Below, one piece after another: positions 13,401-28,400 of a stretch of 64,000 nucleotides of DNA; the first letter of the stretch is position 1, and each line of letters begins with the position of its first letter. The notes beneath the pieces were generated by a model. That model saw only the letters and a list, made by a program, of their open reading frames with translations, searched no databases and had not been told where the DNA came from. The DNA is from Eledone cirrhosa. Taxonomy: Eukaryota. Both the position numbers and the translations under genes were made by a program. Where the stretch lies: NCBI GenBank assembly GCA_964016885.1, contig OZ024756.1:10788001-10852000 (forward strand), in the 5' to 3' direction.

Positions 13401-16400
13401 TATTGCTGTCTGTAAATGTGTTGTTGTCTGTCAATGTGTTGTTGTCTGTCAATGTGATGTTGTCTGTCAATGTGTTGCTGTCTGTCAATGTGTTGCTGTG
13501 TGTCAATGTGTTGTTATGTGTCAATGTGTTGCTGTCTGTCAATGTGCTGTTGTCTGTCAATGTATTGTTGTCTGTCAATGTATTGCTGTCTGTCAATGTG
13601 TTGCAGTCTGTCAATGTGTTGTTGTCTGTCAACGTATTGCTGTTTGTCAACGTGTTGCTGTCTGTCAATGTGTTGCTGACTGTCAATGTGTTGCTGTCTG
13701 TTAATGTGTTGCTGCCTGTCAGGGTGTTGTTGTGTGTCTGTCAATGTGCTGTTGTCTGTCAATGTATTATTGTCTGTCAATGTGCTGTTGTCTGTCAATG
13801 TGTTGCTGTCTGTCAATGTGCTGTTGTCTGTCAATGTATTATTGTCTGTCAATGTGCTGTTGACTGTCAATGTGTTGCTGTCTGTCAATGTGTTGCTGTG
13901 TGTCAATGTGTTGCTGTGTGTCAATGTGTTTCTGTCTGTCAATGTGCTGCTGTCTGTTATTGTGCTGCTGTCTGTCAATGTGTTGTTGCTGTCTGTCAAT
14001 GTTTTGCTGTCCGTCAATGTATTGCTGTCTGTGAATGGCTTGCTGTTTGTCAATGTGCTGCTGTCTGTCAATGTGTTGTCTGTCTGTCAATGTGTTGCTG
14101 TCTATTAATGTGTTGCTGTGTGTCAATGTGTTGCTGTCTGTCAATGTGTTGTTGTCTGTCAATGTGTTTCTGTCTGTCAATGTGTTGTTGCTGTTTGTCA
14201 ATGTGTTGCTGTCTGTCAATGTGTTGCTGTCTGTCAATGTGTTGCTGTCTGTTAATGTGTTGCTGTCTGTTAATGTGTTGTTGTCTGTCAATGCGTTGAT
14301 GTCTGTCAATGTGTTGCTGTCTGTCAATGATTTGCTGCCTGTCAATGTGTTGCTGTGTGTCAATGCGTAGTTGTCTGTCAATGTGTTTCTGTCTGTCAAT
14401 GTGTTGTTGCTGTGTGTCAATGTGTTGCTGTCTGTCAATGTATTGCTGTCTGTCAATGTCTTGCTGTCTGTCAATGTGCTGCTGCCTGTCAATGTGTTGT
14501 CTGTCTGACAATGTATTGCTGTCTGTCAATGTGTTGCTGTCTTTAAGGTGTTGCTGTCTGTCAAAGTGTTACTACCTGTCAATGTGTTGCTGTCTGTCAA
14601 TGTGTTGTTGTGTGTCTGTCAATGTGTTGCTGTTTGTCAATGTGTTACAGTGTGTCAATGTGTTGTTGTCTGTCAATGTGTTGCTGTCTGTCAATGTGTT
14701 GTTGTCTGTCAAAGTGTTGCTGTGTGTCTGTCAATGTGTTGCTGTCTGTCAATGTGTTGCTGTCTGTCAATGTGTAGCTGTCTGTCAATGTGTTGCTGTC
14801 TGTCACTGTGTTGTTGTGTGTCTGTCAATACGTTCCTGTCTGTCAATGTGTTGTTGTGTGTCTGTCAATGTGTTGCTGTCAGTCAATGTGTTGCTGTCAG
14901 TCAATGTGTTTCTGTCAGTCAACGTGTTGTTGTGTGTCTGTCAATGTGTTGCTGTCTGTCAATGTATTGCTGTCTGTCAATGTGTTGCTGTCTGTCAATG
15001 TGTTGCTGTCTGTCAATGTGTTGTTGTCTGTCAATGTGTTGCTGTCTGTCAATGTGTTGTTGTCTGTCAATGTGTTGTTGTCTGTCAATGTGTTGCTGTC
15101 TGTCAATGTATTGCTGTTTGTCAATGTGTTGCTGTCTGTCAATGTATTGCTGTCTGTCAATGTGTTGCTGTCTGTCAATGTGTTGCTGTCTGTCCTTGTG
15201 TTGCTGTCTGTTAATGTGTTGTTGTCTGTCAATGTGTTGCTGTCTGTCAATGTGTTGCTCTCTGTCAATATGTTGTTGTCTGTCAATGTGTTGTTGTCTG
15301 TCAATGTGTTTCTGTCTGTTAATGTGTTGTTGTCTGTGAATGTGTTGCTGCCTGTCAATGTGTTGCTGTGTGTCAATGCTTTGTTGTCTGTCAATGTGTT
15401 TCTGTCTGTCAATGTGTTGTTGTTGTCTGTCAATGTGTTGTTGTCTGTCAATGTGTTGCTGTCTGTCAATGTGTTGCTGTCTGTCAATGTGTTGCTGTCT
15501 GTCAATGTGTTGTTGTCTGTCAATGTGTTGTTGTCTGTCAATGTGTTGTTGTCTGTCAATGTGTTGTTGTCTGTCAATGTGTTGTTGTTGTCTGTCACTG
15601 TGTTGCTGTCTGTCAATGTGTTGTTGTCTGTCAATGTGTTGCTGTGTGTCAATGTGTTGCTGTCTGTCAATGTGTTGTTGTCTCTCAATGTGTTTCTGTC
15701 TGTCAATTTGTTGTTGCTGTCTGTCAATGTGTTTCTGTCTGTCAATGTGTTGCTGTCTGTCAATGTGTTGTTGTCTGTCAATGTGTTGTTGTTGTCTGTC
15801 ACTGTGTTGCTGTCTGTCAATGTGTTGCTGTCTGTGAATGTGTTGTTGCTGTCTGTCAATGTGTTGTTGTCTGTCAATGTGTTTCTGTCTGTCAATGTGT
15901 TGCTGTCTGTCAATGTGCTGTTGTCTGTCAATGTATTATTGTCTGTCAATGTATTGCTGTTTGTCAATGTCTTGCTGTTTGTCAATGTGCTGCTGTCTGT
16001 CAATGTGTTGTCTGTCTGACAATGTATTGCTGTCTGTCAATTTATTGCTGTCTGTCAATGTATTGCTGTCTGTCAATGTGTTGCTGTCTGTCAATGTCTT
16101 GCTGTGTGTCAATGTCTTGCTGTCTGTCAATGTGTTGTCTGTCTGACAATGTGTTGTTGTCTGTCAATGTGTTGTGTGACTGACAATGTATTTCTGTCTG
16201 TCAATGTGTTGCTGTCTTTAAGGTGTTGCTGTCTGTCAAAGTGTTTCTACCTGTCAATGTGTTGCTGTCTGTCAATGTGTTGTTGTGTGTCTGTCAATGT
16301 GTTGCTGTCTGTCAATGTGTTGCTGTATGTCAATGTGTTACAGTGTGTCAAAGTGTTGCTATTTGTCAATGTGTTGCTGTCTGTCAATGTGTTGCTGTCT

Positions 16401-19400
16401 GTCAATATATTGTTGTCTGTCAATGTGTTGCTGTCTGTCAATGTATTGCTGTCTGTAAATGTGTTGTTGTCTGTCAATGTGTTGTTGTCTGTCAATGTGA
16501 TGTTGTCTGTCAATGTGTTGCTGTCTGTCAATGTGTTGCTGTGTGTCAATGTGTTGTTGTGTGTCAATGTGTTGCTGTCTGTCAATGTGCTGTTGTCTGT
16601 CAATGTATTGTTGTCTGTCAATGTATTGCTGTCTGTCAATGTGTTGCAGTCTGTCAATGTGTTGTTGTCTGTCAATGTATTGCTGTTTGTCAACGTGTTG
16701 CTGTCTGTCAATGTGTTGCTGACTGTCAATGTGTTGCTGTCTGTTAATGTGTTGCTGCCTGTCAGGGTGTTGTTGTGTGTCTGTCAATGTGCTGTTGTCT
16801 GTCAATGTATTATTGTCTGTCAATGTGCTGTTGTCTGTCAATGTGTTGCTGTCTGTCAATGTGCTGTTGTCTGTCAATGTATTATTGTCTGTCAATGTGC
16901 TGTTGACTGTCAATGTGTTGCTGTCTGTCAATGTGTTGCTGTGTGTCAATGTGTTGCTGTGTGTCAATGTGTTTCTGTCTGTCAATGTGCTGCTGTCTGT
17001 TATTGTGCTGCTGTCTGTCAATGTGTTGTTGCTGTCTGTCAATGTTTTGCTGTCCGTCAATGTATTGCTGTCTGTGAATGGCTTGCTGTTTGTCAATGTG
17101 CTGCTGTCTGTCAATGTGTTGTCTGTCTGTCAATGTGTTGCTGTCTATTAATGTGTTGCTGTGTGTCAATGTGTTGCTGTCTGTCAATGTGTTGTTGTCT
17201 GTCAATGTGTTTCTGTCTGTCAATGTGTTGTTGCTGTTTGTCAATGTGTTGCTGTCTGTCAATGTGTTGCTGTCTGTCAATGTGTTGCTGTCTGTTAATG
17301 TGTTGCTGTCTGTTAATGTGTTGTTGTCTGTCAATGCGTTGATGTCTGTCAATGTGTTGCTGTCTGTCAATGATTTGCTGCCTGTCAATGTGTTGCTGTG
17401 TGTCAATGCGTAGTTGTCTGTCAATGTGTTTCTGTCTGTCAATGTGTTGTTGCTGTGTGTCAATGTGTTGCTGTCTGTCAATGTATTGCTGTCTGTCAAT
17501 GTCTTGCTGTCTGTCAATGTGCTGCTGTCTGTCAATGTGTTGTCTGTCTGACAATGTATTGCTGTCTGTCAATGTGTTGCTGTCTTTAAGGTGTTGCTGT
17601 CTGTCAAAGTGTTACTACCTGTCAATGTGTTGCTGTCTGTCAATGTGTTGTTGTGTGTCTGTCAATGTGTTGCTGTTTGTCAATGTGTTACAGTGTGTCA
17701 ATGTGTTGTTGTCTGTCAATGTGTTGCTGTCTGTCAATGTGTTGTTGTCTGTCAAAGTGTTGCTGTGTGTCTGTCAATGTGTTGCTGTCTGTCAATGTGT
17801 TGCTGTCTGTCAATGTGTAGCTGTCTGTCAATGTGTTGCTGTCTGTCACTGTGTTGTTGTGTGTCTGTCAATATGTTTCTGTCTGTCAATGTGTTGTTGT
17901 GTGTCTGTCAATGTGTTGCTGTCAGTCAATGTGTTGCTGTCAGTCAATGTGTTTCTGTCAGTCAACGTGTTGTTGTGTGTCTGTCAATGTGTTGCTGTCT
18001 GTCAATGTATTGCTGTCTGTCAATGTGTTGCTGTCTGTCAATGTGTTGCTGTCTGTCAATGTGTTGTTGTCTGTCAATGTGTTGCTGTCTGTCAATGTGT
18101 TGTTGTCTGTCAATGTGTTGTTGTCTGTCAATGTGTTGCTGTCTGTCAATGTATTGCTGTTTGTCAATGTGTTGCTGTCTGTCAATGTATTGCTGTCTGT
18201 CAATGTGTTGCTGTCTGTCAATGTGTTGCTGTCTGTCCTTGTGTTGCTGTCTGTTAATGTGTTGTTGTCTGTCAATGTGTTGCTGTCTGTCAATGTGTTG
18301 CTCTCTGTCAATATGTTGTTGTCTGTCAATGTGTTGTTGTCTGTCAATGTGTTTCTGTCTGTTAATGTGTTGTTGTCTGTGAATGTGTTGCTGCCTGTCA
18401 ATGTGTTGCTGTGTGTCAATGCTTTGTTGTCTGTCAATGTGTTTCTGTCTGTCAATGTGTTGTTGTTGTCTGTCAATGTGTTGTTGTCTGTCAATGTGTT
18501 GCTGTCTGTCAATGTGTTGCTGTCTGTCAATGTGTTGCTGTCTGTCAATGTGTTGTTGTCTGTCAATGTGTTGTTGTCTGTCAATGTGTTGTTGTCTGTC
18601 AATGTGTTGTTGTCTGTCAATGTGTTGTTGTTGTCTGTCACTGTGTTGCTGTCTGTCAATGTGTTGTTGTCTGTCAATGTGTTGCTGTGTGTCAATGTGT
18701 TGCTGTCTGTCAATGTGTTGTTGTCTCTCAATGTGTTTCTGTCTGTCAATTTGTTGTTGCTGTCTGTCAATGTGTTTCTGTCTGTCAATGTGTTGCTGTC
18801 TGTCAATGTGTTGTTGTCTGTCAATGTGTTGTTGTTGTCTGTCACTGTGTTGCTGTCTGTTAATGTGTTGCTGTCTGTGAATGTGTTGTTGCTGTCTGTC
18901 AATGTGTTGTTGTCTGTCAATGTGTTTCTGTCTGTCAATGTGTTGCTGTCTGTCAATGTGCTGTTGTCTGTCAATGTATTATTGTCTGTCAATGTATTGC
19001 TGTTTGTCAATGTCTTGCTGTTTGTCAATGTGCTGCTGTCTGTCAATGTGTTGTCTGTCTGACAATGTATTGCTGTCTGTCAATTTATTGCTGTCTGTCA
19101 ATGTATTCCTGTCTGTCAATGTGTTGCTGTCTGTCAATGTGTTGCTGTGTGTCAATGTCTTGCTGTCTGTCAATGTGTTGTCTGTCTGACAATGTGTTGT
19201 TGTCTGTCAATGTGTTGTGTGACTGACACTGTATTGCTGTCTGTCAATGTGTTGCTGTCTTTAAGTTGTTGCTGTCTGTCAAAGTGTTTCTACCTGTCAA
19301 TGTGTTGCTGTCTGTCAATGTGTTGTTGTGTGTCTGTCAATGTGTTGCTGTCTGTCAATGTGTTGCTGTATGTCAATGTGTTACAGTGTGTCAAAGTGTT

Positions 19401-22400
19401 GCTATTTGTCAATGTGTTGCTGTCTGTCAATGTGTTGCTGTCTGTCAATATATTGTTGTCTGTAAATGTGTTGTTGTCTGTCAATGTGTTGTTGTCTGTC
19501 AATGTGATGTTGTCTGTCAATGTGTTGCTGTCTGTCAATGTGTTGCTGTGTGTCAATGTGTTGTTGTGTGTCAATGTGTTGCTGTCTGTCAATGTGCTGT
19601 TGTCTGTCAATGTATTGTTGTCTGTCAATGTATTGCTGTCTGTCAATGTGTTGCAGTCTGTCAATGTGTTTTTGTCTGTCAATGTATTGCTGTTTGTCAA
19701 CGTGTTGCTGTCTGTCAATGTGTTGCTGACTGTCAATGTGTTGCTGTCTGTTAATGTGTTGCTGCCTGTCAGGGTGTTGTTGTGTGTCTGTCAATGTGCT
19801 GTTGTCTGTCAATGTATTATTGTCTGTCAATGTGCTGTTGTCTGTCAATGTATTATTGTCTGTCAATGTGCTGTTGACTGTCAATGTGTTGCTGTCTGTC
19901 AATGTGTTGCTGTGTGTCAATGTGTTGCTGTGTGTCAATGTGTTTCTGTCTGTCAATGTGCTGCTGTCTGTTATTGTGCTGCTGTCTGTCAATGTGTTGT
20001 TGCTGTCTGTCAATGTTTTGCTGTCCGTCAATGTATTGCTGTCTGTGAATGGCTTGCTGTTTGTCAATGTGCTGCTGTCTGTCAATGTGTTGTCTGTCTG
20101 TCAATGTGTTGCTGTCTATTAATGTGTTGCTGTGTGTCAATGTGTTGCTGTCTGTCAATGTGTTGTTGTCTGTCAATGTGTTTCTGTCTGTCAATGTGTT
20201 GTTGCTGTTTGTCAATGTGTTGCTGTCTGTCAATGTGTTGCTGTCTGTCAATGTGTTGCTGTCTGTTAATGTGTTGCTGTCTGTTAATGTGTTGTTGTCT
20301 GTCAATGCGTTGATGTCTGTCAATGTGTTGCTGTCTGTCAATGATTTGCTGCCTGTCAATGTGTTGCTGTGTGTCAATGCGTAGTTGTCTGTCAATGTGT
20401 TTCTGTCTGTCAATGTGTTGTTGCTGTGTGTCAATGTGTTGCTGTCTGTCAATGTATTGCTGTCTGTCAATGTCTTGCTGTCTGTCAATGTGCTGCTGTC
20501 TGTCAATGTGTTGTCTGTCTGACAATGTATTGCTGTCTGTCAATGTGTTGCTGTCTTTAAGGTGTTGCTGTCTGTCAAAGTGTTACTACCTGTCAATGTG
20601 TTGCTGTCTGTCAATGTGTTGTTGTGTGTCTATCAATGTGTTGCTGTTTGTCAATGTGTTACAGTGTGTCAATGTGTTGTTGTCTGTCAATGTGTTGCTG
20701 TCTGTCAATGTGTTGTTGTCTGTCAAAGTGTTGCTGTGTGTCTGTCAATGTGTTGCTGTCTGTCAATGTGTTGCTGTCTGTCAATGTGTAGCTGTCTGTC
20801 AATGTGTTGCTGTCTGTCACTGTGTTGTTGTGTGTCTGTCAATATGTTTCTGTCTGTCAATGTGTTGTTGTGTGTCTGTCAATGTGTTGCTGTCAGTCAA
20901 TGTGTTGCTGTCAGTCAATGTGTTTCTGTCAGTCAACGTGTTGTTGTGTGTCTGTCAATGTGTTGCTGTCTGTCAATGTATTGCTGTCTGTCAATGTGTT
21001 GCTGTCTGTCAATGTGTTGCTGTCTGTCAATGTGTTGTTGTCTGTCAATGTGTTGCTGTCTGTCAATGTGTTGTTGTCTGTCAATGTGTTGTTGTCTGTC
21101 AATGTGTTGCTGTCTGTCAATGTATTGCTGTTTGTCAATGTGTTGCTGTCTGTCAATGTGTTGCTGTCTGTCAATGTGTTGCTGTCTGTCAATGTGTTGC
21201 TGTCTGTCCTTGTGTTGCTGTCTGTTAATGTATTGTTGTCTGTCAATGTGTTGCTGTCTGTCAATGTGTTGCTCTCTGTCAATATGTTGTTGTCTGTCAA
21301 TGTGTTGTTGTCTGTCAATGTGTTTCTGTCTGTTAATGTGTTGTTGTCTGTGAATGTGTTGCTGCCTGTCAATGTGTTGCTGTGTGTCAATGCTTTGTTG
21401 TCTGTCAATGTGTTTCTGTCTGTCAATGTGTTGTTGTTGTCTGTCAATGTGTTGTTGTCTGTCAATGTGTTGCTGTCTGTCAATGTGTTGCTGTCTGTCA
21501 ATGTGTTGCTGTCTGTCAATGTGTTGTTGTCTGTCAATGTGTTGTTGTCTGTCAATGGGTTGTTGTCTGTCAATGTGTTGTTGTCTGTCAATGTGTTGTT
21601 GTCTGTCAATGTGTTGTTGTCTGTCAATGTGTTGTTGTTGTCTGTCACTGTGTTGCTGTCTGTCAATGTGTTGTTGTCTGTCAATGTGTTGCTGTGTGTC
21701 AATGTGTTGCTGTCTGTCAATGTGTTGTTGTCTCTCAATGTGTTTCTGTCTGTCAATTTGTTGTTGCTGTCTGTCAATGTGTTTCTGTCTGTCAATGTGT
21801 TGCTGTCTGTCAATGTGTTGTTGTCTGTCAATGTGTTGTTGTTGTCTGTCACTGTGTTGCTGTCTGTCAATGTGTTGCTGTCTGTGAATGTGTTGTTGCT
21901 GTCTGTCAATGTGTTGTTGTCTGTCAATGTGTTTCTGTCTGTCAATGTGTTGCTGTCTGTCAATGTGCTGTTGTCTGTCAATGTATTATTGTCTGTCAAT
22001 GTATTGCTGTTTGTCAATGTCTTGCTGTTTGTCAATGTGCTGCTGTCTGTCAATGTGTTGTCTGTCTGACAATGTATTGCTGTCTGTCAATTTATTGCTG
22101 TCTGTCAATGTATTGCTGTCTGTCAATGTGTTGCTGTCTGCCAATGTGTTGTTGTCTGTCAATGTGTTGCTGTCTGTCAATGTGTTGTTGTCTGTCAATG
22201 TGTTGTTGTCTGTCAATGTGTTGCTGTCTGTCAATGTATTGCTGTTTGTCAATATGTTGCTGTCTGTCAATGTGTTGCTGTCTGTCAATGTGTTGCTGTC
22301 TGTCAATGTGTTGCTGTCTGTCAATGTGTTGCTGTCTGTCAATGTGTTGTTGTCTGTCAATGTGTTGCTGTGTGTCAATGTGTTGCTGTCTGTCAATGTG

Positions 22401-25400
22401 TTGTTGTCTCTCAATGTGTTTCTGTCTGTCAATTTGTTGTTGCTGTCTGTCAATGTGTTTCTGTCTGTCAATGTGTTGCTGTCTGTCAATGTGTTGTTGT
22501 CTGTCAATGTGTTGTTGTTGTCTGTCACTGTGTTGCTGTCTGTCAATGTGTTGCTGTCTGTGAATGTGTTGTTGCTGTCTGTCAATGTGTTGTTGTCTGT
22601 CAATGTGTTTCTGTCTGTCAATGTGTTGCTGTTTGTCAATGTCTTGCTGTTTGTCAATGTGCTGCTGTCTGTCAATGTGTTGTCTGTCTGTCAATGTGTT
22701 GCTGTCTATTAATGTGTTGCTGTCTGTCAATGTGTTGCTGTCTGTCAATGTGTTGCTGTCTGTTAATGTGTTGCTGTCTGTTAATGTGTTGTTGTCTGTC
22801 AATGCGTTGTTGTCTGTCAATGTGTTGCTGTCTATCAATGATTTGCTGCCTGTCAATGTGTTGCTGTGTGTCAATGCGTTGTTGTCTGTCAATGTGTTTC
22901 TGTCTGTCAATGTGTTGTTGCTGTCTGTCAATGATTTGCTGTCTATCAATGTATTGCTGTCTGTCAATGTCTTGCTGTCTGTCAATGTGCTGCTGTCTGT
23001 CAATGTGTTGTCTGTCTGACAATGTATTGCTGTCTGTCAATTTATTGCTGTCTGTCAATGTATTGCTGTCTGTCAATGTGTTGCTGTCTGTCAATGTGTT
23101 GCTGTGTGTCAATGTCTTGCTGTCTGTCAATGTGTTGTCTGTCTGACAATGTGTTGTTGTCTGTCAATGTGTTGTGTGTCTGACAATGTATTGCTGTCTG
23201 TCAATGTGTTGCTGTCTTTAAGTTGTTGCTGTCTGTCAAAGTGTTTCTACCTGTCAATATGTTGTTGTGTGTCTGTCAATGTGTTGCTGTCTGTCAATGT
23301 GTTGCTGTATGTCAATGTGTTACAGTGTGTCAATGTGTTGTTGTCTGTCAATGTGTTGCTGTCTGTCAATGATGTCGTTGTCTGTCAAAGTGTTGCTGTG
23401 TGTCTGTCAATGTGTTGCTGTCTGTCAATGTGTTGCTGTCTGTCAATGTGTAGCTGTCCGTCAATGTGTTGCTGTCTGTCACTGTGTTGTTGTGTGTCTG
23501 TCAATATGTTTCTGTCTGTCAATGTGTTGTTGTGTGTCTGTCAATGTGTTGCTGTCAGTCAATGTGTTTCTGTCAGTCAACGTGTTGTTGTGTGTCTGTC
23601 AATGTGTTGCTGTCTGTCAATGTGTTGCTGTCTGTCAATGTGTTGCTGTCTGTCAATGTGTTGTTGTCTGTCAATGTGTTGCTGTCTGTCAATGTGTTGC
23701 TGTCTGTCAATGTGTTGTTGTCTGTCAATTTGTTTCTGTCTGTCAATGTGATGCTGTCTGTCAATGTATTGCTGTTTGTCAATGTGTTGCTGTCTGTCAA
23801 TGTGTTGCTGTCTGTCAATGTGTTGCTGTCTGTCAATGTGTTGCTGTCTGTCCTTGTGTTGCTGTCTGTTAATGTGTTGTTGTCTGTCAATGTGTTGCTG
23901 TCTGTCAATGTGTTGCTGTCTGTCAATGTATTGCTGTCTGTCAATGTGTTGCTGTCTGTCAATGTGTTGCTGTCTGTCAATGTGTTGCTGTCTGTCAATG
24001 TGTTGCTGTCTGTTAATGTGTTGTTGTCTGTCAATGTGTTGCTGTCTGTCAATGTATTGCTGTCTGTCAATGTGTTGCTGTCTGTCAATGTATTGTTGTC
24101 TGTCACTGTGTTCCTGTGTGTCAATGTGTTGTTGTGTGTCTGTCAATGTGTTTCTGCCTGTCAATGTGTTGTTGTGTGTCAATGTGTTGCAGTCTGTCAA
24201 TGTGTTGTTGTCTGTCAATGTGTTGCTGTCTGTCAATGTGTTACTGTCTCTCAATGTGCTGTTGTCTGTCAATATATTGTTGTCTGTCAATGTGTTGCTG
24301 TCTGTCAATCTGTTTCTGTCTGTCAATGTGTTGCTGTGTGTCAATGTGTTGCTGTGTGTCAATGTGTTGCTGTCTGTCAATGTGTTGCTGTCTGTCAATG
24401 TGTTGCTGTCTGTCAATGTGTTGTTGTTGTTGTCTGTCACTGTGTTGCTGTCTGTCAATGTATTGCTGTCTGTCAATGTGTTGCTGTCTGTCAATGTGTT
24501 GCTGTCTGTCAATGTATTGCTGTCTGTCAATGTGTTGCTGTCTGTCAATGTATTGCTGTCTGTCAATGTGTTGCTGTCTGTCACTGTGTTGCTGTCTGTC
24601 AATGTATTGCTGTCTGTCAATCTGTTGCTGTCTGCCAATGTGTTGCTGTGTGTCACTGTGTTGCTGTCTGTCAATGTGTTGCTGTCTGTCAATGTGTTGC
24701 TATCTGTCAATGTGTTGTTGTTGTCTGTCACTGTGTTGCTGTCTGTCAATGTGTTGTTGTCTGTTAATATGTTGCTGTGTGTCAATGTGTTGCTGTCTGT
24801 CAATGTGTTGTTGTCTGTCGATGTGTTGTTGCTGTCTGTCAATATGTTGCTCTCTGTCAATGTGTTGTTGTCTGTCAATGTGTTGTTGTCTGTCAATGTG
24901 TTTCTGTCTGGCAATGTGTTGTTGTCTGTCAATGTGTTTCTGTCTGTCAATGTGTTCTTGTCTGTCAATGTGTTGCTGTCTGTCAATGTGTTGCTGCCTG
25001 TCAATGTGTTGCTGTGTGTCAATGCGTTGTTGTCTGTCAATGCGTTGTTGTCTGTCAATGTGTTTCTGTCTGTCAATGTGTTGCTGTCTGTCAATGTGTT
25101 GTTGTCTGTCAATGTGTTGCTGTCTTTAAGTTGTTGCTGTCTGTCAAAGTGTTTCTACCTGTCAATGTGTTGCTGTCTGTCAATGTGTTGTTGTGTGTCT
25201 GTCAATGTGTTGCTGTCTGTCAATGTGTTGCTGTATGTCAATGTGTTACAGTGTGTCAATGTGTTGTTGTCTGTCAATGTGTTGCTGTCTGTCAATGTGT
25301 TGTTGTCTGTCAAAGTGTTGCTGTGTGTCTGTCAATGTGTTGCTGTCTGTCAATGTGTTGCTGTCTGTCAATGTGTAGCTGTCCGTCAATGTGTTGCTGT

Positions 25401-28400
25401 CTGTCACTGTGTTGTTGTGTGTCTGTCAATATGTTTCTGTCTGTCAATGTGTTGTTGTGTGTCTGTCAATGTGTTGCTGTCAGTCAATGTGTTTCTGTCA
25501 GTCAACGTGTTGTTGTGTGTCTGTCAATGTGTTGCTGTCTGTCAATGTATTGCTGTCTGTCAATGTGTTGCTGTCTGTCAATGTGTTGCTGTCTGTCAAT
25601 GTGTTGCTGTCTGTCAATGTGTTGCTGTCTGTCCTTGTGTTGCTGTCTGTTAATGTGTTGTTGTCTGTCAATGTGTTGCTGTCTGTCAATGTGTTGCTGT
25701 CTGTCAAGGTATTGCTGTCTGTCAATGTGTTGCTGTCTGTCAATGTGTTGCTGTCTGTCAATGTGTTGTTGTCTGTCACTGTGTTCCTGTGTGTCAATGT
25801 GTTGTTGTGTGTCTGTCAATGTGTTGCTGCCTGTCAATGTGTTGTTGTGTGTCAATGTGTTGCAGTCTGTCAATGTGTTGTTGTCTGTCAATGTGTTGCT
25901 GTCTGTCAATGTGTTACTGTCTGTCAATGTGCTGTTGTCTGTCAATATATTGTTGTCTGTCAATGTGTTGCTGTCTGTCAATCTGTTTCTGTCTGTCAAT
26001 GTGTTGCTGTGTGTCAATGTGTTGCTGTCTGTCAATGTGTTGCTGTCTGTCAATGTGTTGTTGTTGTTGTCTGTCACTGTGTTGCTGTCTGTCAATGTAT
26101 TGCTGTCTGTCAATGTGTTGCTGTCTGTCAATGTGTTGCTGTCTGTCAATGTATTGCTGTCTGTCAATGTGTTGCTGTCTGTCAATGTATTGCTGCCTGT
26201 CAATGTGTTGCTGTCTGTCACTGTGTTGCTGTCTGTCAATGTATTGCTGTCTGTCAATCTGTTGCTGTCTGTCAATGTGTTGCTGTGTGTCAATGTGTTG
26301 CTGTCTGTCAATGTGTTGCTGTCTGTCAATGTGTTGCTATCTGTCAATGTGTTGTTGTTGTCTGTCACTGTGTTGCTGTCTGTCAATGTGTTGTTGTCTG
26401 TCAATATGTTGCTGTGTGTCAATGTGTTGCTGTCTGTCAATGTGTTGTTGTCTGTCGATGTGTTGTTGCTGTCTGTCAATATGTTGCTCTCTGTCAATGT
26501 GTTGTTGTCTGTTAATGTGTTGTTGTCTGTCAATTTGTTTCTGTCTGGCAATGTGTTGTTGTCTGTCAATGTGTTTCTGTCTGTCAATGTGTTGTTGTCT
26601 GTCAATGTGTTGCTGTCTGTCAATGTGTTGCTGCCTGTCAATGTGTTGCTGTGTGTCAATGCGTTGTTGTCTGTCAATGCGTTGTTGTCTGTCAATGTGT
26701 TTCTGTCTGTCAATGTGTTGTTGTTGTCTGTCAATGTGTTGTTGTCTGTCAATGTGTTGCTGTCTGTCAATGTGTTGCTGTCTGTCAATGTGTTGCTGTC
26801 TGTCAATGTGTTGCTGTGTGTCAATGTGTTGCTGTGTGTCAATGTGTTGCTGTCTGTCAATGTATTGGTGTCGGTCAATGTGTCGCTGTCTGTCAATGTG
26901 TTGCTGTTTGTCAATGTGCTGTTGTCTGTCAATGGATTGTTGTCTGTCAATGTATTGCTGTCTGTCAATGTGTTGCAGTCTGTCAATGTGTTGTTGTCTG
27001 TCAATATATTGCTGTTTGTCAACGTGTTGCTGTCTGTCAATGTGTTGCTGACTGTCAATGTGTTGCTGTCTGTTAATGTGTTGCTGCCTGTCAGGGTGTT
27101 GTTGTGTGTCTGTCAATGTGCTGTTGTCTGTCAATATATTATTGTCTGTCAATGTGCTGTTGACTGTCAATGTGTTGCTGTCTGTCAATGTGTTGCTGTG
27201 TGTCAATGTGTTGCTGTGTGTCAATGTGTTTCTGTCTCTCAATGTGCTGCTGTCTGTTATTGTGCTGCTGTCTGTCAATGTGTTGTTGCTGTCTGTCAAT
27301 GTTTTGCTGTCTGTCAATGTATTGCTGTCTGTCAATGTCTTGCTGTTTGTCAATGTGTTGCTGTCTGTCAATGTGTTGTCTGTCCTGTCAATGTGTTTCT
27401 GTCTATTAATGTGTTGCTGTGTGTCAATGTGTTGCTGTCTGTCAATGTGTTGTTGTCTGTCAATGTGTTTCTGTCTGTCAATGTGTTGTTGCTGTTTGTC
27501 AATGTGTTGCTGTCTGTCAATGTGTTGCTGTCTGTCAATGTGTTGCTGTCTGTTAATGTGTTGCTGTCTGTTAATGTGTTGTTGTCTGTCAATGCGTTGT
27601 TGTCTGTCAATGTGTTGCTGTCTGTCAATGATTTGCTGCCTGTCAATGTGTTGCTGTGTGTCAATGCGTTGTTGTCTGTCAATGTGTTTCTGTCTGTCAA
27701 TGTGTTGTTGCTGTCTGTCAATGTTTTGCTGTCTGTCAATGTATTGCTGTCTGTCAATGTCTTGCTGTCTGTCAATGTGCTGCTGTCTGTCAATGTGTTG
27801 TCTGTCTGACAATGTATTGCTGTCTGTCAATGTATTGCTGTCTGTCAATGTGTAGCTGTCTGTCAATGTGTTGCTGTCTGTCACTGTGTTGTTGTGTGTC
27901 TGTCAATATGTTTCTGTCTGTCAATGTGTTGTTGTGTGTCTGTCAATGTGTTGCTGTCAGTCAATGTGTTTCTGTCAGTCAACGTGTTGTTGTGTGTCTG
28001 TCAATGTGTTGCTGTCTGTCAATGCATTGCTGTCTGTCAATGTGTTGCTGTCTGTCAATGTGTTGCTGTCTGTCAATGTGTTGTTGTCTGTCAATGTGTT
28101 GCTGTCTGTCAATGTGTTGCTGTCTGTCAATGTGTTGTTGTCTGTCAATGGGTTGCTGTCTGTCAATGTGATGCTGTCTGTCAATGTATTGCTGTTTGTC
28201 AATGTGTTGCTGTCTGTCAATGTGTTGCTGTCTGTCAATGTGTTGCTGTCTGTCAATGTGTTGCTGTCTGTCCTTGTGTTGCTGTCTGTTAATGTGTTGT
28301 TGTCTGTCAATGTGTTGCTGTGTGTCAATGTGTTGATGTCTGTCAATGTGTTGTTGTCTGTCAATGTGTTTCTGTCTGTCAATTTGTTGTTGCTGTCTGT

